39,194 nt of DNA, taken from Bigelowiella natans CCMP2755 (taxonomy: Eukaryota > Protista > Cercozoa). The translations under genes were made by a program, and so were the position numbers. The notes under the pieces were generated by a model. That model searched no databases. It saw only the letters and a list, made by a program, of their open reading frames with translations, and was not told where the DNA came from. Positions 1 to 12,034 of this stretch are shown one piece after another (positions within the stretch are counted from its first letter, which is position 1; each line of letters starts with the position of its first letter). The DNA is taken from NCBI GenBank assembly GCA_000320545.1, contig ADNK01002099.1, positions 1-39,194 of the forward strand, written 5' to 3'.

Positions 1-104
1 TGTGGATCATCATCATTATCATCATCATCATCATCATAATCATCATCGTATTTTTGAAAGTCAATGTTGATCATTGCTCTCTCCACGACGATGATGATAC
101 TGTG

Positions 105-142
<38 letters not shown>

Positions 143-154
143 CCGCAATTTCAG

Positions 155-530
155 GTATTGGCTGAGCTTATAAAGGCGACAGAACTGGGTGGCTTTACAC
201 GGCCAAGTACCAGAAACACAAGGGGGGGCAGCAGCAATGTCGCTGGTTCGAAATTCAACACACACAAGCCGGTAGTATTGGTGGTGGTAGAAGTGGTAGT
301 ATTAGGAGGAGGAGGAGGAGTAGGAGTAATAATGATATGTACTTATATCTAATCAAGCTGCATGGTACAGCTAGTAAAGGCAGGTACCTTTCCTCACAAT
401 ATTGTTTTATGTTGTCTTTCTTCTTGGGATTAAGATGAAACAGGCATCATCTTCGTCATCCTCTTCCTCTTCCTCCACATCTCCATTGTCTTCCTCCGGT
501 CCCTCCGCGTCTCCAAGCAGCAGTAATTAA
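155..530 (+). CDS. 3' end of an unknown multi-exon gene (Ser-rich C-terminus), 5' part outside the window
   Basis: Exon after ttcag (155-~271, VLAELIKATELGGFTRPSTRNTRGG...), a probable micro-exon ending GGCAG|gtacc (~383), and a last exon 435-530 MKQASSSSSSSSSSTSPLSSSGPSASPSSSN-TAA. No recognisable domain. Confidence 0.5.
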
Positions 531-819
531 TTACAGCAACTGGCAAGGAATGTTGAATTTCTTCAATCATAGCGGAGCTTCTACCTTTATTATTAATACA
601 GTCTGCAATTAAAAAAGGCGCATTATCATGCTGAAGCATAGACATTGCAATGCTGCAAATTATCTCCAGTTTCTTAATACGTGCATATATGTGTGTGTCC
701 TTAATATATTAATAGCTGGCGCAATTACCCGTTTCCAGATGTAGTTTTACTCCCAGGCGCACATTGTGCTTAGTGGACGAATTTTAAATTAAGTTATTCT
801 TCATGCAATAGTATTAGTC

Positions 820-1530
820 TATGACATGCATGACGTACATGCCAACGGAAGAGCATCTCTAGAGCTGTTGTCTGGAGGGCTTGCGGTTCGCTATGTCTAG
901 ATGCACGCGCGGCTTGCATGGTTCATCGATCTATAGTAATTGTTTCTGCAGGATGCACACAAATAAGCAGCAGCAGCTAGAGCAGGCTACGCTATGCTAG
1001 CCATGTGACGTGTATATCGATCGATGACAGTAGTACGATACGTAGCCATCCTGCTACACGCTAGCAGGCCGGGCGTCAACATCACACACATGCAACCTAA
1101 AAGCACTGTTCAACAACGCACTAGCTAGAACAGTCTAGCAGTGCTGCTGCATTGCAAGTGCGCATGGCAATGGACACATGTACGTAGCGTGACACATGCA
1201 CAGTCATTACACAAATACCAGCTACATACACTTATTCAGCGCAGCATGCGCTCATTCTAGCATTACTAGATTGCTGCTATGCACACATGACCACGTACAT
1301 ATTAAGCGAGATAAGACTCACATCTCGCTAGATCTAGCTAGATAAGATGCAGGGTTTTACTGTGAAGCTTAGTCATTTATACATAGATACACGACATGTT
1401 ACTATGGCATACATCTAGACGTTCCGCTCTCTTATATATCATGCGGCGGCAATCGTCGCGCAATGTCTAGATGTAGTGCGTCTAAGACATACGTATTGTA
1501 CGTGCTGCACCTGCACTCGCTAACTAGAAT
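820..1530. other. CTAG/CATG/TGCA-rich tract between convergent genes
   Basis: About 16 CTAG in ~680 bp (858-1527) counted by eye, plus many CATG/TGCA/CACG. No long ORF. Lies between the stop at 530 (+) and the stop at 1671 (-). Confidence 0.75.
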
Positions 1531-1670
1531 GAAACATATCTAAATATAAAAAAATATTCATTTGCTTTGTCATGATAAGATCACCACTTTCATCACATGT
1601 CACATACTTCACCTCTATTGTAATCTAGATTGTTTAAGTTAATCAGCGGTGCAAAACGCCGACTTTGCAG

Positions 1671-2837
1671 CTAGCTTTTCTCATCTCCTTCGTCACTTGT
1701 TCCGCTTACTTCTGTTTCTTCTGTGTCTACTCTCATCATTTCTCCCTCTTCCTCCTCTTCCTCCTCTTCTTCTTCTTCTTCTTCTTCTTCATTTTCCTCC
1801 TCCTCCTCTGCCTCATCTTCCTCGATGTTCATGACCCCTTGGTCTCTCGGTTTGAACTCATTCTTACAAACAGGACAGGAAACCTTCCGGTCACCGCTTT
1901 GAACGTAGCGATTATAACAGTGTTTGTGAAGGCGTCCAGGGCATTTTGGCGTTGAGCACATGAGGCCAGTGATGCAGCTCTGCTTACAACCAAAGCACTC
2001 CAGAGGTTGGGCTGATTGATAATGTTTTTTACTACTACTCAGAAACGCACGACGCACGCACATATTGTTTCTTAGATGTGTGTTGTCCTCCTCCTCCTCC
2101 CTTTCTACATGCACAAAAAAGAAACTAGATACAGATAGGTTCTTCAAAAATATGACAGATGATGGCACATATCCTTCACTAATGCTTATTTCAACTTATT
2201 CTGGTGGGCCAGAATTCGTAGTAGAAAATTGCTGCATATTGCTGCATAATCCCACATAAATATTAACAGCATTCAAAAATCATCGCGCAGGGGAAACATA
2301 TGCACGTACATCTATACGTTATTTTATTTTATTTTAGAAGAAGAATGCCATGCACACAGCAGTTGTTTTACCGTTGTTAATGAAATCATACAACTCAATC
2401 TGGCCACGAGGACCCAAGTAGAGACGGTTCGATGCTAGCTTCGTCTACAACGGTCATTTTTTAATGAGAGGGTGTGGGAGCGTGTTAAGCATGCTCAATT
2501 TTTGCATCCGGATGGTTATCTTCCGGTATATTATGAGTCTCTAGCCGTTGTTTCACATGAAAATTATGCACTCATGCAAATATAATATTATCTATAAATA
2601 TGTACATCTATAATTATATATCTTCTTGCTGACGATCTCTTTTTCTTGACTTGAATGGTTCTCCGTGAAGATGCGGAGATAATCTCTATTTCACTAGAGT
2701 GGTATAAATTTGTTCAAATACCTTCCTCTCCGCCCCATTTGTTGTCTTCCAAACTGAATTTCGTACAATACTTTCCCTGTGGAGAATTTTCTCAACTAAA
2801 AGATGCTCTATCACCTGATTGAAATGTGAGTGAGTGA

Positions 2838-2873
<36 letters not shown>

Positions 2874-3777
2874 AAGAGAAGAGAAGAGAAATGAAGCATA
2901 TTCACATCACTAGATAATGTATATATGACTCAAGAACAATTATCCACTGGAAGTGTATATTTGTCATCCGTCTCATATTCCTACACTCCCATACCATTAA
3001 TTTGGCAAATAAAGGTAGTATTATTGGTCGAGGACCACCTTGAGGAGTACATTCCTTGTGATGATCCTTCCTGATTTCTTCTGATACATATCTGGCCGGC
3101 ACGCGTCCGCCTCCAAGATCGACCCATTACGTTTAAGCATTTTTTGAATCTATTGTTAGGAGAATGTCGTTAATACAACAGCTAAAAAGAACGCACCTAA
3201 CCCGAAAAAATAGGACAGAGGAGAAAAACATCAGTCTGGCTGGAGAGGAAGTTTTAAAAGTTAGGGATGGTATTGAGAGAGAAATGTAATTGAAAATAAA
3301 ACCATGATCTTAGCAACAGCAAGTTCCCTTTCCCCGAGAGCACTTCCAAAATCGGCATTCGCTGTGCCCCTCGTGGTCGCAAGACACGTATATATGCTTC
3401 CGTCGAAGTCCCAGCGTGCACGGCGAATTTCCAGCTTCATCACGCGAAGCTCTTCGTTTGTACGGCTTATGAAATCTCTCAGAGACACTGAAAGTTTGTC
3501 AAACAAAGATGCAATATATATGATAAATCTGTCGAATTCATCCCCTTGTTTCATTAAAAGGAAATATATCACGAGGAATTAGACCTTGCCCATTGGTGAG
3601 TTTCTGAAACTTTCGCTCAAGATCCTCATCCTTTTCACATGGCCTCGCCATTAGATACTGTAAAAAGTGACGGCGTAGACGATCCATGTCAATTTGTTGC
3701 CGCCTGTGAGGAGCCTGTCGCTGATTCCTTTGTGCTCGACCAGATGCCCGTCTGTTGCGCCCAGCATAGGAAGCCAT
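1671..3777 (-). CDS. NSE1: Non-structural maintenance of chromosomes element 1 (SMC5/6 complex subunit), multi-exon
   Basis: N-terminal DRLRRHFLQYLMAR, then LRDFISRTNEELRVMKLEIRRAR (Nse1 winged-helix region). Last exon has a C4HC3 RING-like domain CFGC..C...C..RLHKHCYNRY...SCPVC followed by an acidic tail and TAG at 1671-1673. GT-AG introns separate the ORF pieces. Confidence 0.88.
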
Positions 3778-5106
3778 TGCCTCAGCACAACCTCTTCCCG
3801 CAACCCGATTTATTCTTTTTACAGATATTTATTATTAGTCGCATACTCGCAAAACTTCAAGCCTCCTCGAGATCCATTGGAGATCATTTTATTACAACGA
3901 GTCTCGAAATCCAATCCTTTGCTTTAATAATACTTGGTATTTATTTACATTTATTTACATTGAACAGGACATTAAAAAGAATACCATGCATTATTATGTT
4001 GAGAAATAAAATACTTAAATTGCTATAATTTACATAAACGACAATATCCAAAAGGAATTATTTCAATACAAATCTCCTCACGGAATAATAATTCATAATA
4101 ATCTCCGTAATAATACGGTGAAACGTTATATCACGAGTCGAAACGTGTTGGATTTAAAACGGACCAAAATTTTGACATGTGATAATAATCATATTTAACA
4201 CGAATCCAATGGCAATTTGTTCCTTTATTCGGAAATATATCTTCTCCAATGAATAAACGGCGTTTTTCACCATAGGCAGTGAATAATTCAGTAAATAATT
4301 TCTTAGTGATCAGTTACTTTTACATCAATATTTTTGATCAGTTTTGGGAGAAAATTCAGACCTTAAATTGATCACCTACCGTGAACGTATTCCTAAAATA
4401 CAAATTAATCGATTTTATTATAAGTCGTTTAATATAAATATACACATATTTTAATTGTATTCAATTTTATGTGTATTAACTCTTTTCAGATGTTTATTTT
4501 GTCTTTATTGGAGGACATTTTTACATTTGACTTCAATACCCAAATTTAACTGACCTATTTTAAGATCAATATTGTGAACAAAAATCATTGAAAATATCAA
4601 AATTGGAATATTTTCTCCATTTAGAGGCTTATGATTAATAAACCTTAATATATTTGTATTTAAGATATCAAAGAAATGTCATAAAATAAATCTGATAACA
4701 TTTTTGGAATTTACCCGCCAAGTTGTCAGATCTTTGGTCAGCCGCCCAATGATATTACAATTTATTATTTAAAGCATAAATTATTATAGCGACAACAATA
4801 ATTGTAACAATTAGAGGTTTTCCAGAATTGATATAGTGATTAAAGAACGCAGTAGTGTCTGACTGAACTCTTGCAACTGCAGAAGTGTCGTTGTTGCTAG
4901 CAAGCAAGGTAGCCCTACCCCTGCAGTTTGTTGCGCTCACTGAGGATTAAGATAGAAAAAGGGATGGTTGGGTAGAAAATTTTACTTGAACACACTACAC
5001 AATTGGTTTATTGAAAAACTTCTGCATTCATAACATAGTTCATATCTTTTAGAACACACTGAACCACTTGGAGCTGTAAGCAAGAATCTACAGGAGTGAA
5101 ATCGGA

Positions 5107-6984
5107 ATGCTCATGTCATCTACCGTCAGCGGCAGCAATGCCCCAATTTCCAAATCATCCGGATTAAACCATTTAATGGGTCTTGGTACAGCCAGCATCG
5201 GCGCAGAGGGGGCGATTAGGAATTGGCTGAAAGGTGAATTGGCCAGAACTGGAGGAGGTTCTACTCGTAAGACAGCTGGTGTATTCCCTTTCATGCAGCA
5301 GCGCTTTGTCGTTCAAGGTAATGCAAGATTTATCTAAGGAGGTGGAAGGGGAAATTGTGTATGAAAGAAAAGATATTACAGAAAAGCGCCGGAGACTATG
5401 GAACAGGAGAGATTATAAACTAATTTTTCATCGCTCATTCAGGAATCAAAAGGGACGGCCAAAGTTTGCAGCAAGTAAAGATAAACATCGCGCGTGAGGT
5501 AATAAGACTCTGTCAATATGATGTTTTCATGAGCAATATAAAATAGTAGAAGCGGGAAACCTAAGGAATATCTTTTGCGTGTACTACATGTATTTACGTG
5601 TCTATCTTCTCCTCATCTTAAGGCAAAACAATACTTGAAAATAGTGGCTGTTATCTTGACATCATGTGTACGGGATAACTAATATACACTTATCCTACAG
5701 GATGTCAGCCTTTTGTGCCCCAAATTACGACTGGCTTCTAATTCCCATCGCCAAAGCAGAATGCGACGTTCGCTTACCAAAATCTTACGGATGAGGAGTT
5801 CAAAGGAGAAAGCAGCTTACTTACAAGGATCCAAGAATCTCGCACATGACAATAACAATGAAAATCAAAAGCAAACAGGGATGAATGCTGCACATTCTAA
5901 AACGAGCTTGGATGGCGGATCAATCGGGATGAAGAGGAAGATGGCAAACACAGCTTTGAACGGCAAAGACAGACGAAACGATGAAAAAGGAGGAAATAAT
6001 AGCAGCTCCAAGAGGGCCAGGAAATCACCTGCCGAAGATTTCGTCGATAGTGTGGTTGCCTATGATTATTTCGATAACACCAGCAAGAAAAATTGCAACT
6101 ACGACCCCTCCCAAGTGTCAAGCTTTTCTTCATTTATCACCTCGAAAGTCTCCTCATCATCCTCCACTCAGATTGAGATTCCCTCCCCAAAGTCCTTCCA
6201 GAGGTCTCTTGAGCAATCCACCGAGTTCCAGTCGCCGGTTGGCAACAATGCTATTTGCCGCTCTCCTGGTACTGCACGTCTTCCTTCCTCAACAGTTCTA
6301 TTTACAGACTCTATGGATTCCTCCTCGTCCTCGCTTATTGACCTCGATACATGCCCTGGCGAGAAAGAGACGGGCGAAACGACGACTGCGCAGGAGACCA
6401 ACGATGAAAAGGGTAATGAAAGCGATGGAGATATTCTGAACAATATCCTAGGTGGTCCACTGTCTTGGAGCTTCACTGTTGGTGAAAAGAATTCAAATAA
6501 TATTCAAGGCACAAAGACAAATCAAAACCTGTATCTTGATAATCTTCCTCGTCCTCAACCGAAGCTGCGTCTTACTACGACAACCAAGAAGAGAACATCT
6601 CCACATACCACCCCTTCCCACCATTTAACAGGGCTGTTGATGAAACCTGATTCATCCTCGGATCCTGCTGCAAATAACTCAAGTAGTATTCGAAGGGCTC
6701 TGAAAGATGAAAACAGTGACCTCTGTGTCCCGCTCTCAGTCTCAGAAGTCGAGAGGAAGGAACACAAATCAAAAAGGAAAGAAAGAAAACGCTTAGGTCG
6801 GCGAAGAATTTTTATCGAAAAGAGAGGGAAAAATGTCAAGGACGCGGGAAACAACGGTGGGCTGATCACACTCACTGAGGCATTGCGAGATAGGCCTATA
6901 ACTGAGTTTAATGGCCGAGAAGATGGCGATTACCCCGCCATGGAATGCACTCAATTTCCCTATACATTCACGTTTAAACTGTAA
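5107..6984 (+). CDS. Hypothetical, largely disordered Ser/Lys-rich protein, probably nuclear; start uncertain
   Basis: 423-aa open last exon after ctacag at 5700, with basic clusters (KRKERKRLGRRR). An upstream exon 5107-5318 ends CAAG|gtaatg, and another probable exon lies at ~5339-5498. Confidence 0.6.
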
Positions 6985-7329
6985 ATGATATCGTGAATAA
7001 GCTATATCATTAGTGTAGGTTATAGATTTTTCTTCGTTTTTGTTTTCATTGGAAAGTACTTTTCAAAAGTTTTTCCAAAAAATTATATGAATTTGTCTAG
7101 TTTTACCCAATCTGCTGAGGTGGTATCGCATTCCTACTATTCCTCTCTTAATCCACTTGCCAGCATCTAATATGAGATAATTGAGAAAGTATTTATCCTA
7201 GTTTTTATTCCTAGCTGTTAGTTTCCCTTAATCATGGTGAGTTATTACAAATTTCCATGATCGATAACCGTAGAAACTATTTTCTGCAGAATATACACTA
7301 GTAACTTGAAGCCAAAGTAGTACACGTCT

Positions 7330-7905
7330 TCCGTCCCGATGTGTTTTCAAACATGCATTCACGCACATTTAGACACGACATGCTAGAATCGCATCTAGTT
7401 TCTCACACATGAGTAACGTGTGCACATGTGGCATCGGCATGGCTAGCAGATTTGCCATGCACACATTACAGCCACGATGTGCTTTGTTCGATTCGATCTA
7501 GCGATCATTGGGCCATGCATGATGCGTGGGATGCACGCAATCAAATCAGCAACGTGCACATTTGCACATTGCGATGCTTTCAATGGCCCACACCCTGCCA
7601 ACACGTGCACAACGCGTGTTTCATGCATCACACACGCAGTGCACACCTGCGCTAGCTAGCCTGCTAGCCTGGTCCATTGCGTGCAAAGCACAGCTCGGTC
7701 AAACAAATTACCTGCAACAAACTTTGTGTTTGAGCAAGCGCAAGCTTTTGAAAGCGATTTGAAGCTTCAGTGCGCAGTGAGAAAGTGAGACATGCTCGCA
7801 CGCAGCTGGGATTTTCGTGTGCATGTAGTTGGCGTGTGTGCAGCACGTGCGCTTGCGCATGCACTTGAAATGCTGCTCCAGTGCTGGCATGGGAGCAACG
7901 TGACT
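7330..7905. other. Strongly TpA-depleted, CATG/TGCA/CTAG-rich tract flanking the retrotransposon relic
   Basis: No TpA at all in 7501-7650 or 7741-7820. Most remaining TpAs are in CTAG. Confidence 0.75.
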
Positions 7906-7909
7906 AGCA

Positions 7910-8400
7910 GCAATGTGGCGTCGACGCAGAGCATCCACTCTGAGGAGGAACTTTCTGAAGGCTGCATCCACACGACGGTCCACGGACGGATCGTCCGAGG
8001 GGGTGCCCAACAAAACTTTGGTTTTGCCAGAGCCGGAAGCGCGAAAGAAGGGTGATGAGCCAGGCCACATGTAGCAGGACCCAGGACCACCCTCGTGTTC
8101 GAAAACAAAGGTTTCCTTGCAGCATCTAGGTCAGAACAATGATGCATGAGGTGATTGACAGTTTTGAACCACCTCAGCATTGCAAAGAGGACAAATCGAG
8201 GAAGAGGGATGTGTGGATCACGAGTTCTCAATTGCGAGTTCTGGCTCGATGTTCTTCGGTTTCATGAGTCCCACCGCGCAACTGAAATTTCAACAACACT
8301 CCAGATTTGGCGTGCCATTCATCAAGGTAGCACTTGAAGAGTCTTGAGGCTGGCCTTCAAACATGGCTTTTTGCCCAAGCTCTGGAAACAGAGACAGGGG
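7910..8400 (-). mobile_element. 5'-truncated, frameshifted non-LTR retrotransposon (LINE) relic: C-terminal end of the RT ORF
   Basis: Minus strand across frameshifts and a stop reads FKCYLDEWHAKSGVLLKFQLRGGTHETEEHRARTRN* / SSSICPLCNAEVVQ / TVNHLMHHCSDLDAARKPLF / KTKVLLG...AAFRKFLLRVDALRRR. This matches the LRxGxH motif, the CxxC-x-HLxxxC zinc knuckle (Cys at 8191-8193, 8182-8184, 8136-8138; His at 8151-8153) and the terminal helix typical of LINE ORF2 C-termini. Confidence 0.75.
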
Positions 8401-8826
8401 TGTCGGGTCACATGGGATGGGAACCTGCTACGACACCATCTAATTTAGACCTATTTTTGTGCCGCGACATGGTTTTCTGTCAATGAAGTATTGTATTGCA
8501 GACTATTTTTGTATCGCGACACGGTTTCCATTGCATCATTAAAGCATCGTTGTGTTGATGATCAATCCCATCCCCAGAAATGTTACTGATGATGCCCCTT
8601 AAAGCAGCAGCAGCGCCACAGCACACCACTGTGCTCCTACCCGTGCATAGTCCTTTCTGGTGAATGAACTTCATTTCACGATCTACTAATTCCCGTCACG
8701 CCTACATGTTTCGATTCTGTGTCCTCCTCTTCATATTGGTTGCTCTCCTCACGCGCTTGGGTTTGTTCTATTCCACTTTCTTGCATTGGGGAGTATGATT
8801 TCACATTGATGCATATTTCTCCAAGA

Positions 8827-11269
8827 TTTTCCTGGAGCAAATAATCTACGGCGTAGGAGCCAAAGACCACAAACTGGATATGCTGCCTTGGGTCTTGATA
8901 AGTATCCTGCGCAACGGTTTAAGGTTATTGGAATTACACCTGCGGCTTTAAGTCAGGGCTTACTCATTTGCTGTTGATAGATTATAGTAGCGTATGACGG
9001 CACCGACTTCAAAGGTTGGCAGCGCCAATCAGGAACGAAGTTATCAACTGTTCAGGTTTTCAGTGTTCTGCTGTGCAGTCTCAGCTATAATACAACATCC
9101 CTTATATCAGGGAGAAATAGAGAAAGCATTTTTTGCGGTACTTCGGAGGAACATCACGTAAAATGCAACGACCACATTGAATACATTTCAGAGCTATAAG
9201 TGACTGATAAAGCATATTATTTCAGAATCTCTGGTTGCAGTCGCACAGATACGGGTGTTCATGCTAGAGGGCAGGTAAGTACAAGAAAAGAACTCCTCCT
9301 CCTCCTCCTCCTCCTCCTCAAACATCAGAATACTACTCAGATCTCATAGGTTGCTGCCATGCACAGGTGTTTACGTGCGACATCCCATGGCCCTCAAACC
9401 GGTCTTATTAAATAAACAAATATCGACTCTGTAACATCGTGACTCAACGATGTTAGGAACTAACATGTGTGTTGGTGTGTTGTTTCATATGAATCATTTT
9501 AGTTCAAGCGATCTCCTTCGAGCCTTACGCGACAGGCTCCCACCATCGATTTTGGTGAGGAAACATCATCGTAGTGAACAACCCAGAGATTCAATCTCCA
9601 AAACCATTCCCTTTTGACCACCACCTCTCTTTTATCACCAGCAGCCTCGGAGTCTTACCCCAGTGCACTTCAATTTTTCTTCAAAGTGGTTCATATCTCA
9701 CGGCAGCAGCAGCAGCAGATATAGGCTACTTTATTGTATCTTACATTTCCATCGCTCTCAGGCAATCTGTGGCAAAGCTTTACAAGTACTACATAAATGA
9801 AGGGCTAAGATCGTCGCCCTTTTCGACACGATACGTCTATACAATGGGGTAGGAAGAAGCCAATGCATCCACGATCTTGATGATTGATAACGACGACGAC
9901 GACGACGACGACGACGGTGATGATGATGATGATGATACCATTTTGACGGCGTAGGAAACACAAGAATCGCCTTAATCTTGATAAGATGCGCAAGGTGAGC
10001 AAGAACTTTCTCGCATAGGGAGAACACGTGAAATGGTTTTATATTTGTTAAGTGCCCTCCCTGCTATTATTATATTATTAATACCATAGGCGGCCTCCTA
10101 TTTGGAAGGCATACACAATTTCTCACGGTGATGGTCTTCTTCTGAGTTAATATTTGGAAATCAATCTTCTATTTGGAAATCAATCAAATTTGAATATCTT
10201 TCCGGCCCAAATCAAATTTTCTCTCGCAGCTTTGGCGTGCTAGAAAATGAAATCGAAAAGCGGTCGCCGATCAAGGTTTTTAATCGTTGAAAAATTCACG
10301 CTTGTCAGCTCGATAATAACATGCATTTTACCTCAGCAATTATTTTCCTCCTCATCGTCATTTACAAAATATTTGTTCGCACCAACCACATAATGAACGG
10401 CCTCATGCAAGATACATGTCATCGTATGTATAATCATCTATCAGCATCTATATTCGCTGAGAGTAGACAGAGAGCGTGCTCCTCCTTCGTCGTTGTCGGG
10501 GCCATGGGATCCGCTTGATGCCAAAACCGTAAGTTTACAGTAGCAATGCACCACATTGCATCACGATCTACGCACACTTCTCCCATATATTTATATGTAT
10601 ATGCAAAGGCAAACAGTGAGGCGCCGCAGATAGTTGTGAGCTGCATCTGTGATGCGTTCCTGTGGAAGATGATGCGACGGATAGTGGGGACTATGCTGCA
10701 GGTGAGACTCTTATGGTCTTCAACGTGGTGATATCTTTGGTAGTATTGTTTGACAAACGAGCATTAACGTATTCCCCTTTACAGGTAGGACTAGGAAGGC
10801 TAAAGCCGAACGCAACATTGGAGATATTAGGTAGTTAATTTGATGAGCATTGCAGGAGTAGCGCTAGAATATATAATCAATAGATGCAATGGACGGACAA
10901 CATATTCAATGTACACATAGCATCTGCCTTGACTACTTAGCACAGCGTCATTGCTTGATTTATGCTTTGTATAGAGGAGGAGTCACGTTGTCCAAAGGGT
11001 TCATTGTGGGACCATCCTCTTGTCTTCACTGCACCTCCGCAGGTATTGCAAGCATTAGATGCATAGATATAATCACATGTAAAACGCTCTTTTCAAATAA
11101 AATTGTGTAGGGTTTGTTTCTGGATACCATCTTCTACTCAGAAAAAGAGCTCAAATCAGCAATGCGTAGAAGAAGAGACAAAAGCGCAACCGCGCTTATG
11201 AAACAATTTCTGGGTTGGGCCTCTAGGTTGTTACCTACTGCCTGTTGGAGGCAAGAACATATTAGATAA
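8827..11269 (+). CDS. truA: tRNA pseudouridine synthase, TruA family; ~14+ small exons; true start probably upstream (~8580)
   Basis: Spliced motifs: GYAALVAYDGTDFKGWQRQ..TVQ/GEIEKA, ISGCSRTDTGVHARGQ (catalytic Asp), KLYKYYI, LNLDKMRK/AASYLEGIHNFS, DAFLWKMMRRIVGTMLQ/VGLG, TAPPQ/GLFLDTIFY. TAA at 11267-11269. Confidence 0.93.
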
Positions 11270-11449
11270 TAAAAATAATAAAATGTGTCGGTCAGAACAA
11301 TATCGTGTTCTCGTGACAACGCATGTTTTCACGGTTCTGAGAGAACTAAATCACAGCGTATGTAGCGTATGACTACTCTGCGACGTTTGTAAGGTCATTC
11401 TTGCACAACACCTCGTGCTGGTTATTTGCTTCGATGCAGACACTGGCAA

Positions 11450-11960
11450 ATCGACAGCTACGTACGTACTTTATTTTATATCTATCTCTCTAGCTAGGCT
11501 GCAGTTACACATTAAATCAATTAGCATCTGGCAGCGATGACATGCTTCCTTGCATTGTTGGAGCTAGCTCGGCACGTGTAAAGTGTATTAACAGTGGCAT
11601 AGGTGAAATCAATCGTCAGATAGATGTAGCGCGATGCATGCATGAAAAAAGGTGCATGAAGCACGTGACAGCAGAGACAATATAGACACAACATTAGCGC
11701 TGCTGTATGTGGCTGCTGCTTTGCATAGGTACATCAGGATGACCATTGAAAAGATCTTATCACTTCATGACATCCTTCTCGCAAAAAGGTGCGTATGCGT
11801 GGAGTGTGCATGTACGAGCGTATGCCCTGTGTCACGTCTACAAGAGCCTGGAGCACTGCTTGTTAGACTGACTATGTGCACTAACCTAGTGGATCGCAAT
11901 AGCGAAGCAATTGCTTGGTAGCTATTTATTCAAATGCAAGAACTAGATAATGAAATTATA
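11450..11960. other. CATG/TGCA/CTAG-rich tract between convergent genes (milder)
   Basis: Motifs such as ctagctag, gagctagc, gatgcatgcatg, gcacgtg, gtgtgcatg, between the truA stop (+) and the WD40 stop (-). Confidence 0.55.
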
Positions 11961-12034
11961 CACTCGCTGCACATTCATCTGCTCCTTGCACTAACTACTA
12001 CTACACAAAAATAGCATCACAACGACTCTTTTGT

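Noticed and set aside
4030-4750. AT-rich stretch considered as a MITE or DNA transposon
   Set aside because: No terminal inverted repeats or target-site duplication found by eye.
5076-5093. Possible 18-nt intron GTAAGCAAGAATCTACAG (nucleomorph-like size)
   Set aside because: Single instance; all well-supported introns here are about 40 nt or longer, and the AG can serve a longer intron.
7428-7864. Cluster of overlapping His/Cys/Ala/Met-rich ORFs on both strands
   Set aside because: A by-product of TpA loss, which removes TAA and TAG stops; not genes.
10149-10186. Short tandem duplication TATTTGGAAATCAATC x2 in a truA intron
   Set aside because: Only two copies with no spacer structure; an ordinary local duplication, not CRISPR-like.
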